Shown: one piece after another, positions 1 to 10,744 of the stretch
Layout of the letters: every line of letters starts with the position of its first letter
Numbering within the stretch: the stretch's first letter is position 1
Assembly (NCBI RefSeq): GCF_000143415.4
Contig: NW_003314270.1
Span: 618,453 to 682,452 of the forward strand
Direction: 5' to 3'
Source: Selaginella moellendorffii
Taxonomy: Eukaryota; Plantae; Lycopodiophyta
Length of the DNA: 64,000 bases
The notes under the pieces: model-generated
Database searches by the model: none
The model's input: the letters and a program-made list of their open reading frames with translations, nothing else
Told to the model about the DNA's origin: nothing
Program-made: the position numbers and the translations under genes

Positions 1-1420
1 CTTTTTAGTAGATGATGAACATAATTCTTTGCGGTATATAAGAGGTAATTATCAACTTCAGTGATGATATCTTGATCCACTCAAAGGGGAAATAGGAAGA
101 ATATATCTATTATGTCAGCAAGGTGTTGGATCAACTATAGAAAATTGGTTTGAAATTGAAGCTATCAAAGTGTGTGTTTGAGTCCAAAGATACATTTTAT
201 CTTAGATACTACATTTCTTATAAAAGTTTGCAAGTTGACTCTAAAAAACTTGTGAAGTTTTTACCCTGAAGTGTGTGAATGATAGGTTGTGTTTCCTTCA
301 ATATCTTGGTCATTTTGTCAATTATATTTTTGATCATATTACAATATTGTGAGCTTTCTTGAAGTTGTCCACATCATCTTTCATTTGGTCTAAGAATTAC
401 AAGTGGACATTTACGTATCTTAAAATGGTGTTGATAACTCCTTCAGTTTTAATGTATCTTGATTATACTTGATCTATGTTGATTCTTCTGATATTGGTCT
501 CATCAAGCTTAAATTCCTTGAAGCATCCGTATGCAAGATTAAAGGTCAAGATATACTAAAACTAAAAAAGTTTTCAACACCTTTTTGAGATTTGCAAATG
601 CCCATTTGCAATCTTTAGATCAAATGAAAGATAATGTGAATGACTTCAATAATGCTCATAATAATGTAGTATAATTAGAAACATGATCAACAAAATGACA
701 AAAATATTAAAAGAAGTGTTACATATCATTCACACATTTCAAAGTAGGGAACTTCATAAGTTTATTAGAATCAGCTTGCAAATATTTCCAAAATATGTAA
801 TATCTAATATAAGTTATGTCTTTGGATCTAAACAGGCATTTTGATACCTTTAAATCATCTTTCATTTGATTTGAGGATTATAAGTGGGCATTTGTGGATC
901 TCAAAAAGGTGTTGATAACTCCTCTAATTTTGGTGTATCTTGACTACATTGTAAGCCACAAATTTTTCCTTTCCAATTTACCAGCTTACCTCGTCTATCC
1001 GACCAACTCTGCCTTGGCTTGTACTAAGTTCCCTTGCCAAGGTTCCCGCCTATGGTACCAGCTCCTACTTGGTCCTACTTGGTTTCAGCTACTTACTACA
1101 CGAGTAACGGAGTGTTAGCCATCCATCTATGGATTCCCAAATCTCTCCCAATCCCCCTCCCCGGGTTAGACTGGACTTAAGGTTCAGCTACACTCCCCGC
1201 ACGCACAAACAGCCAAGCACACCAAGCCTCCAGATTCCTAACACCCCTTGGTACCACAAGACTTGATCATGGGACCCTCTAAATCCCAAGTCTTGGGTGC
1301 AGCATACATTAGACTTTTAATTTTGCATGTGGATGCTTCAAAGGCTTCAAACCTAATGAAACTAATATCAGAAGCATCCATGTGCAAGATGAAAGGTTAA
1401 GTATAGTTAAAATACATCAT
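1..1420. mobile_element. Degenerate Ty3/Gypsy RT/RNase H fragments in alternating orientations
   Basis: The + strand reads FSDDILIHS...KVLDQL*KIGLKLKLSKCVF (RT YxDD region) near 55-180, and LKKVLITPLILVYLDY/ILHVDAS (RT-RNase H junction) at ~900-949 and ~1310-1340. Bases ~520-850 and ~1355-1420 are reverse-complement copies of the same segment. Confidence 0.8.
950..1304. mobile_element. Solo LTR (355 bp) inserted into a Gypsy RNase H remnant
   Basis: Begins TG (tgtaagcc) and ends CA (gcagca), flanked by a 5-bp direct repeat TACAT (945-949 and 1305-1309). Removing it restores the reading YLDYI-RLLILHVDAS. Confidence 0.8.
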
Positions 1421-2209
1421 AGTATAGAACTTCATTTCATTCGAACCTGGGATGATGATAACTAGGCACACTCATGTTCTCTTGTATTCATACATATTGG
1501 GGGAATGAGAGGTGCTCCCCTAACGCTTGCTCAACAAAAAAATGCTCTAATACTCTCCACAAATGCCCTCTTGCCCCCATTGCCCTTCTGAGGCAAGGGT
1601 TTTATACAAAGGATGAGGAATATTTTAAAAATCAAAATATTCTCTCTCTCACTCTCATACTCTCTAAGTGGCGATGCCCTAACATGCAATCACAGTGGAT
1701 TGCATTGGCTCTAGATATATAAAAACCCTCTAAAGAGTGTAGAGTGTACCTTTGGTGGTGAGGCCAAGGGTTGGTAACTATGTGAATTAGTAGAAACTCT
1801 AGAAAACAAGTGAAAAATGAAAGAAAAGGGGTAGGTGTGAAGTTTGAAGATAGAAAGGAAGGTTAAATTCTTTGGGTACTCACTCTTTTTCTTCTAACTT
1901 TCCATGTTTTCTTCATCTTTTCTTTCATATTAGTGTCCAATTTGATTACAAAAATCCCACTAGGATTTTAGTTAGATTTTGGCTCAGGAAAGTGTAATAT
2001 GCAAATGCAGCCTCATGATGATTTGGGGTATATTCCAAAGATTGGCTAAAATTGAAAAAGGAAAAAACATAGAAGGGAAGGACATTTAATCCTAAGTATT
2101 TTAAAACTTTTAACCGATTGAAAAAGAGGGTGCACTCTTATTCATAGGCCTTTTCTTTTTATATTTAAACCTTTATGGATCGTCTCTCAAATCATTCTCT
2201 TTGGTTGTT

Positions 2210-3620
2210 TACATTTGCCAACCAACTTAAAGCAACTTCATGGCTTTCTCAGGCAAATAGGTTTTTTTTGCTATTTCCTCCACAACTATATTGCACATTC
2301 ATGGCCTCTAACAACTCTACTATAACATAATATTCCATTTATATAGGGTGAGAGCTAGCAGCAACCTTTGATTTGTTAAAGCAATCACTATGCACGACCC
2401 TAGTTCTCCAGCCACTAAAGTGAACACTTCCTTTCAAGATTTATATCATGACTGGAGTAGAGGCTTTTAGAGTATGCCTTTGCCAACATTTAGAGCTTGG
2501 CAAGCCACCACATGCAACATACTATACCTCACATTTATTCAAGGAGATTGAGAAGAAGTATGTGGATGTAGAAAAAGAAGTAATGGTTGTTGTTTACACT
2601 TTGGAGCAATTTTGTCACTTTCTTGATAGAGCTGATATCCATTTTCATATCTATTATAATGTGCTAACCTTTCTTTTAAAGCAACTAGTTCATAGTCCTT
2701 ATACTTATCTTGGACTATGACCATCCAAAAGTTCTAGCCAACTTTTCACATATAGCAGAAGTGTGTGATGGATCCAAGCAAGTTCCTGGTTGCTGAGGCT
2801 ACCTCCTTTATGGTCCCAGCAGCTTTACAAGACATTGTAGTCTATCTAGATTCAAGCGAGTTTCCAATAGATTCTTCATCGGCTCAACAAAAGGTGTTAG
2901 ACATCCAAGCATAAGGATTTTGCTTTTTAGATGGACACCTTTACAAGAGGACATCATAAGATGTCTTGTTGTGGTGTGTGGGTGAACATAAGATCCCTGA
3001 GCTTCTTCTTGCTTTCCACTGTTGTGCAAGGCATTTCTCGAGATATGTCACAACACAGCTCCTTTTGCACCATGGCTCTTTTTGGCCTCGAGTTCACAAG
3101 GACAACTTGGAGTATGCAAAGGCATGTGAGTAGTGCTCTAAAGCCACATTCCACACCTTCTTTTCCAGCTCATCACTTCTTCTGGTCCCTTTTTCTAGGG
3201 GGGACTTGACTACTTTGGCTTGACCAATCCACTAAGCTCAAAAGGATAGCGATATATTATTGTGGCAATAGACTATTTTACAAAATGGGTTGAGGCCATC
3301 CTTTTGTAATAGGCAAATCAACAATCTACAGCAAAATTTATCTACGAGTACATCATTTACCAATTCAAAGTTTCTGTAGTTTTGATTTCTAATTGTGGCA
3401 ACGGCTTCCTTGGACAAGTGATGGAGCATCTTCTCTAGTAGGTGCAGGTCAAGCACGTGAAAAGCAACAGCTACTATCCTAAGTGCAATGGTTAGGCAGA
3501 GTCCGGCAACAAGTTTTTGAAGACCATCATCTCAAAGCTTGTGGAGGATCACCCAAGGTATTAGCATAAGCACTTGGTTATAGCATTGTGGGCCTTTTGG
3601 ATGTCTTTCAAGATAGCTAT
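2210..3620 (+). mobile_element. Degenerate Ty3/Gypsy pol (end of RT, RNase H, integrase)
   Basis: ORF 2448-2720 has the RNase H motif YVDVEKEVMVVVYTLEQF. Downstream integrase-like motifs IIVAIDYFTKWVEA (~3255-3297) and YYPKCNG*AESGNK (~3472-3513) occur among many stops and frameshifts. Confidence 0.8.
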
Positions 3621-4184
3621 TGTCGCGAATATGACTTCGGGTATTGAAAGTTATCTGTCAACTAGTCCTTACGGACACTCTTTCCTTATTGCCACGACGG
3701 CAGGAGGTCGGTATTGCTAGACCCTTTATCAATTCCTCTTGTTCAAGTGTTAGTAAACTAAGTTTAACATTTGTACTTAGCCGGATGAGCATAAAAAAGG
3801 AATTCTTAAGTGTCTATTTAGTTGAGCATACTCGGCCTGGCTTGTTAGTTCTCTTTTGCTCTGTCTTGCATTAGCTTGACAAGATTAAGAAGTCCCTCAA
3901 TATCACTGGATGATAGTTTACCGTGTCTGCCAAACACCCTTGCTATCATGCCTTTTGTGTTAGTCTCATTTTGGTCCTAAATGCTATTTATGGAAAGTGA
4001 CTAGATTTGCTTATTTGGCATATCTACGGAATGTCGAGATTGTCTTAAACACAATAGTGTTCGTCCCATGTCCAAATTCACAATCTAAAGACATTCCATA
4101 TTTAGTAAGTTTCAAGCTTGTCCCAGAAACTAACTCCTGATACTAAGGGAGGCTTAGGGTGAAAGCCCAAAGCGTGTGTTCCTC

Positions 4185-4932
4185 AAGGGGGGAGGGGGCT
4201 ATAGGGGGTTCCAAATGTATAATAAAGATAGTGGGTAGGTCAGGCATGGTTGACCAACTTGAGGCATAGTTTAGCTCCCACTTGTGTGCCTGTAACGCAT
4301 GTGATCATGGGATGAGATTTGGATATACTGTCACCGTGGATTCTTGGAACCTTGGGGGATAAATGGGGATAAAATAGCCACTAAAGGCTCTCTCATCAAG
4401 CAATTGCCCCTTTTCCAGTTGGCTTAAGGGGAGAGAGATAAGGTGCCCTACAGTGCCTGTCCTTGTTTTGCATCCGGCTTGGGTCTAAGCCCAAGCTCCA
4501 CACCATGCTAGCTGGTGGAATACCTATGTCTTTGTGTTAGGCGATCGGTATGCTTAAATAGCGCTAGACTCTATTTGGCTCTTTTTTGCATGCTGGTCCT
4601 AGCATCGGGATGCTGGATACTCTAAGACTGTTCCAAGTCCCTCTGTGCTCATGTCCTTTGGCTCCTTGGGCTATATGCTTAGGAGTTGTTTTGTGCTCCA
4701 ATGCCATTGCTCCTTGACTCCATACTTAGAAGTTTGGCACCGTTCCTTCGTTCAATGGCCCAAAGCCCTAAAACTCAAGTTCCACACCATTGTCCTTTGG
4801 ACACATGGTATGTGACACCTAGCATATGACACATGGCATATAGAGGGTTTAGATTCTATTTCGTCATTATCCTATGGTAAATCACTATAGGATAAAGGGT
4901 AAAAACCATGTGTGCTACATTTGGTATCAGAG
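4185..4932 (+). mobile_element. Probable LTR (~4200-4919) with upstream polypurine tract and downstream tRNA-iMet PBS
   Basis: PPT-like AAGGGGGGAGGGGG at 4185-4198. The LTR end ...GCTACA at 4919 is followed 2 nt later by TGGTATCAGAG (4922-4932), the canonical plant tRNA-iMet primer-binding site. Confidence 0.55.
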
Positions 4933-4934
4933 GA

Positions 4935-7900
4935 TAAGTCTCAGCAAGTACTATTCAATGTAATTGGGCAATTAGTCTCGTTACATATGCAGAGATGAAA
5001 ATGATAATCCGAGTGGGTACACGTTAGGGTGCAAAGACTTCGCAATTGTTCCTTAGGTATGGATTTAGTTACCTTTTTGTACTGTAATAATGTGAGCTTG
5101 CTCTTGGGCTTATAGGATGGATTTGAGGTGTACCATTTGCACGAGTTTTTGCTTGCACTTGTGAGTGAGGCACATTAGCAACTCAAGATTACACTTTGAG
5201 TTGGCAGGATTAATGTTAGCCTATCGGTGGTTTTATGAGTTGTTCTATGTACTGTGGTTAAAATAAACCTTCCCTAGGTTTGCTATGAGTGGTAAATAAG
5301 TTGGTCCGTAGCTGTTTAACATGGCACTAGTGGATCCTTCCTAGGCATGATTATAAGTGGATCAATAAAGACTGTAGGGATTAGTCTATTGGTTCAAGTA
5401 GTTATTGCCGTGCTCTCTCATAAACTTTTCTTGGATTGAACTGAAAGCAATGCGAACGCAAGCTGAGGTTTAGTCAAAGATGAGACCGAAAAGAGAGTCA
5501 TCAAGGACGAAGGATCAAACACATAAATCATTTTCTTTTGGAGAGATGATTTGTAACAAGGTGTGACTCATTGCTTGTATTCACATTATGTAGTCAAGAG
5601 TCCCTACCTTGATGTATGTTGGAAATGATGGTCTTACAAATGGTGAGTTATAGAATGGATAGCGGTGAAATGCTAAACCATTTTGTCTAGGCTTGCTATT
5701 GAAGACTTAGATTGCAATACTTAATTCTTTTCTAGAGAACCTTGCTATTGCTCTTTGAGTAGCTTAGTGTTGAATTAGTTTTGAGTTTGGTCAGAAAGAG
5801 AGTGGCATAAGCTTGTCTGTGTTGTGAACAAAAGTTAGTGGTGTTGGGTGTTGTAAATCTCTATCAGTGGAGTGTGGCATTTATGTTGTATTTTATTGAA
5901 TCGAGTTGACACTTGATACTCACATAAACCTTTGTAATAGTGACATAGGCGTTTCTCGTAGTGTTGCTCGATTAATGATCAAGTCATTGTGGTTTTATAT
6001 TATATCCATGTGATGTGTTTACAAAGTTGCTTGGTTAAATAATGATCAACCCCAAAGTGGTTGATAGTAAAGATAGTTTACTTACACATAGTAGCATTGT
6101 AGTAGTTTTGACTGGGTTCTCAATAATGATCTATGATATGCTAAGTTTAAGTTAGTTCCTTGTTCCTTGAAGGTTTGCCTATTAAGTTTGGAAAAGGTTA
6201 TAGCATTTACTTGCCATAGCTTGTTAGTTTATCCATTAACACTTGGAGTAGATTGTTGGATGGAGAAGGTGTGTAGTTGAGGCATTGATATCATTAGCAT
6301 TTGTGTTAATGGAAGTGGCATTGTTATTTCGAGTGATGAGGAATTCTCCTTAGACCTTGATTTTCCATGTCATTTTTTTTGTTAATGTTTTGGCTTCACA
6401 TTCAATCTTGAAGGTGGTTGAAGAAGAGTTTTAATGCAATATGGATATCCGAAGATATGGTCTTCGTGATCAAGCCTTGGATGTTCATTTTGCATTTTGC
6501 GGATGTAGGTGTTGGATGTCGAAAATATGGGCAAAGTGTTCGATGCTTAAGCATATTGTGGGTCATGAGAATTTGTGTTGAGGTGAATCCATGTGAAGTT
6601 GTTGGTAAGAGGAAGTTGGTTGAGTCTTGAAAGTTTGTATTCCTAGACTGACAGTTATTCTTTCTCTAAGATGGAAAATTTTCCATAAATTTTTTTAGGC
6701 TTTTCCAATAGCTAATCTATCGTTCACTTTGCTCGAAACCATTTCGTTTTCATAAGCCAGTACAAACTAGTGAAGGGGTTAGAGTTGACTTTGGTTAGCT
6801 TAGACTTTAGTAGGTAGTTTGTATAATGCAGCTTGAAAGGGATGCTAACTTTGAGGCTAAGGCAATTGAGTTAGATAAAGTCTGGAGTTGGTGTAGAAAA
6901 GTGGCTGTTGCATTTTTCTAGAAAGGTGACCCTTGTGCCTTTCTTTTGCAGTGTTGTGTTTGGTGCAAATTGCACTTTGCATTTCATTAGACTCTATGAG
7001 AGTAGTGAGCTCTCACTGATCTTGACTTAGTTTGGTTGGCCCCATGCCTTGACTGAGGATGGTGATGTCCAACTTAGTTAGTTGAGGTTAAAATGTTGGT
7101 ACCCATACTATAGCTTTGTCTATAAGGAAGTTGTGTATCTATATGAGTCCATCTCATGGTTTTCACTTTAGTTTTGATTCGGTGTAGGCCAATTTTCCAC
7201 CATAGCCACCTTCCTTGGATCCGTCTTGACACCCTTAGATGTCACAATATGGCCTAAATATTCCATCTCCAACTTTGCAAATTCATATTTTCTCTTAGTT
7301 TGCTGTCTCAGAGTAACAAAAGAACCTTGTGCAAATGCACCTTATGCTCCTCCATATTCTTGCTAAAAATAAGAATATCGTCCAAGAAAATCTCCATAAA
7401 CTCATGAAGATAATGCCTAAATACCTCTGTCATCAACCGAGTAAATGTGGCTGGTGCATTTGTCAAACCAAACAGCATAATTATAAACTCAAAATGTCCA
7501 AAGCTTGTGTTGAATGCCGTCTTGGAAATAGATGCATCATCCATTGCAATCTGTTGATATCCACTCCTCAGATCAATCTTGGTAAACACTCGTGCTTTAC
7601 CAAGCTTGTTAGAATATCATCCACATGTGGCATTGGCATCTTATCCTTCATTGTCTTCTTATTCAAAGCGCGGTAGTCAATACACATCCATATTGAACCA
7701 TTTTTCTTCTTCACAAGCAAGACCGGAGCACCAAACAAGGACTTACTTGGCTGAATAAATCCAAACTCAAGTAACTCCTTGACTTGTCATTGAACTTCTT
7801 GCTCCTTTGCATAACTTAACTGAAATGAATGCCGGTAAATTGGCCATGTCCCTGGCTCCAATGTAATCCCATGCTCCACACCTCGTAACGGAGGCAACCC

Positions 7901-9915
7901 ATGAGGAAGTTCAGATGGAAAAACATCAGAAAACTCGTCAAGTATATCCCGTACTGTTACTTCTTCCCCACACGTGCCTTGGGCCCCCAAGTCACAAACA
8001 AACAGCAATTAACTCAAAAGTGCTTTTCCATTATGACAAGCCTACTTCAAAGATGTAGCAGAGAGTATAACAACTGGTGGTTGAACGCCCTTGCCAAAAG
8101 GAATGGAATTTGTTTGATGTGGAAAACACAATCAACTACTTTAGAATTCTTTTTCTTTAGAGTTCTCACTTGGGTTTTTAAAGGACATATTTTTCAGCCC
8201 TCAATATATATTAATATGACATGACAAAAGAAAAGAGTGCAATGAAGATCTAAAGAAGAAACCACATATCTTTTAACACCACTATACTCCAACGAGATAT
8301 GCTTAATACTCCACTTTATCTCTAGATTCACCTTCACCAACCATGGCATCCCAAGAATGAGATCCACACGATGGATATTTGCGAGATAAAAAGTCTCCAC
8401 AAGTGTGGTTTTGCCAACCAACACTTCCAGCCCCTTGACACAAGCATCGAAATGCTGAGCATAGGTAGTTCCACCTTCCACTGTGTATGGAAGAACTCCA
8501 CAGGTGACCAGGCCATGCTCCACAATAAACTTTGCTGAAACAAAGTTGTCATCACTCCCACTATCCAGTAAAATCCACATTGGATCGCCACGGAACATGC
8601 CCTCCAGCATTAAAGCTGATTCATGCGTATCCTTGAGCTCCATCTTGTTCCACACACAGTTGAGCTGACGAGCAACAATCAAAAGTCTCTTCCTCTGACC
8701 GAAATGGTCATTCTCGTCATCCTCACGTTGCAAAGTTTGCAACTTTTTAGTATCTGACTTACTGTGAGAAGAAGATTGGCCATTCTTCTTGTCCTGCTGC
8801 TTGTTCTTCAACTGCGGACAATCAGCCTTGTACTATCCAAGTTCGCTGCAATGATGACAACCATGTCTATAATTCTTCACAAAGAACTTCTGCTTCTTAG
8901 ACCCCTTTGCATCTGAAGTAGTCACCACTGACTTCAACTTGTGATGCTTGTTCCCATCCTTGTGTCCACGGCGATCATCACTACGATTCTCGGCAGAAGA
9001 ACTCCGTGAACGCTTGCGAGACTTGTGCTTGTCATTGTCAAGTCAACGAGCCGCATCAAAGAGCTCCTCCAAACTCTTTATAGGCTGAGAATGACACAAG
9101 TGTTGCCACATGCTCTCACTATGTAGGCCATCAATGAAATAGGATTTATTTTGATCTGGATCCTTCATTATATGAGCATTCTCTATGTCGTAATAAGGAG
9201 CAAAATGTAAACGAAAAGCAGCCTCAAACTTATCCATAGTAGACACTGGTGGTTTCTTATCCGCAACATGAGACTCCTCAAGTCAATTCCACCATCGAAG
9301 ACCCGCATCACACAAAACCATTGGAATAGCCACTAAAGCCTTTGCATCTGGAGTTCCCCTAATAGTCAAGAACTTCTTCACATTGGCTAACCAAGCATGA
9401 CACTCATCCACACCACTATCACCGGAAAAGGTTGGAATCTTGAGTCGATCTACCAAAGAAGGCTTACTTGGAGCGCTACCCCATCTAGCCTCGAGTGCCT
9501 CAACATGCCCACGCATGGTATCCATCATGCCATGCATCTCATCTTGCATCTCTTGTTGATTTCAATTAAGGGCTCGTAGCTCATGAACCACATCTTGAAT
9601 GGTCCAAATCTCCGCAGCTTTGTCGGCACCACCATCGACAATAAAATTCCAACATTCAACTTGGTCGGCCATCGCAACTAACTCCTCTAATACCAATGTT
9701 ATGATCCGGCGCAAAAAGACAGAAATTTAGTCGCCCTAGACTATGCTATGCCACCTCTTGAGGTTCCTCACCAACCACCCCCGAGCTACCTCAAAAGCTC
9801 CATTACGCCACCGCTCCATTGTGAGCCCTAAGTCCCTTACCTTAACATGCTTTAATATACCCTTAACCCTTCCTTTGACTGATGTTGACCACGTGGTCAA
9901 ATCTGACACCTAACA
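4935..9915 (-). mobile_element. Ty3/Gypsy LTR retrotransposon (5' LTR, PBS, gag, protease, RT, decayed RNase H/integrase), non-functional
   Basis: Candidate 5' LTR 9697-9915 (TGTTA...TAACA ends), PBS TGGTATTAGAG at 9695-9685, gag ATG 9672 (KIPTFSGD...WL). A broken zinc knuckle CHHCSELG*YKADCP lies at ~8815-8860. Protease ILLDSGS is in ORF 8194-8811. RT FTKIDLRSGYQQI...FGLTNAPATF...FLDDILIFS is in ORF 7308-7589. Sequence below ~7200 is heavily degenerate, so that boundary is approximate. Confidence 0.85.
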
Positions 9916-10278
9916 GTAGTGGTTAGAGGTATGATTTTTTAAAACATTATTTGGCTCCCTTTTGAGTGTGTGTATCTTTGTTTTGGATCCAACTTGGGTA
10001 AACCCATGTTCTGTGTTAGCTAATGGAGTATCTAAATCCTTATGTTAGGTTACCAGTATTTGAAATAATGTCAAATTTTGTTTAGCTTCATTTTACATAC
10101 TAATCTTGGTGTTGAGATTTTAGAGGCCTATTATGGGGATAATGGGTAGTTTGAAGACATAGTTATTATTTTGCAGTCTTTACCAAAGCTATTGAATTGT
10201 TTATTTGTATGACTTTTAAAGTGTTGTTTAGTTTATTAAATTGAGAATACATACTCAAGCCTTCTAAATTGGTCCTTT

Positions 10279-10620
10279 TTGTGTGTTTTAATCACACTTT
10301 TCTTAGTAATATATATGTCAAAGCTTTTATGTGTTTTTCTGATCTTATGTTACTTTTTATATTTACAAGCAGGATTATTTCCAGTAAAAACTGTCATAAT
10401 TACAAATGAGTCTCAAAAGGAACTATCAATTGGTAACACTCTCTTTGGGTGTGATGCTTCTCTCAATGGCAAATCCCACTCTTTTCATGGATATGATCAA
10501 GAAACCAGTCAGCAATATCTCATCATAGAGTGGTATATTTATGACTTTGCCATATTCCATACTGATTACCATCGCACATTGAAGGAGTGGGCAATACCAA
10601 TCGTTGAAGTTGAGTGGTGA
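10279..10620 (+). CDS. Possible small hypothetical protein or gene remnant
   Basis: 113-codon open frame. The part after a TTTACAAG acceptor-like site (~10368) has protein-like composition (VKTVIITNESQKELSIGNTLFGC...). No family recognised. Confidence 0.2.
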   Translation: MCVLITLFLVIYMSKLLCVFLILCYFLYLQAGLFPVKTVIITNESQKELSIGNTLFGCDASLNGKSHSFHGYDQETSQQYLIIEWYIYDFAIFHTDYHRTLKEWAIPIVEVEW

Positions 10621-10744
10621 CAAGGTGAATAATGCATACTAATTAATTTCATGTGTTAATGGTGTTGTATTGCCATTGAAACAAATTTCTTTCTCATGCT
10701 TTCATTTTTACTGGAGAACCTTTTCTAGAACATAGAAAAATGAG

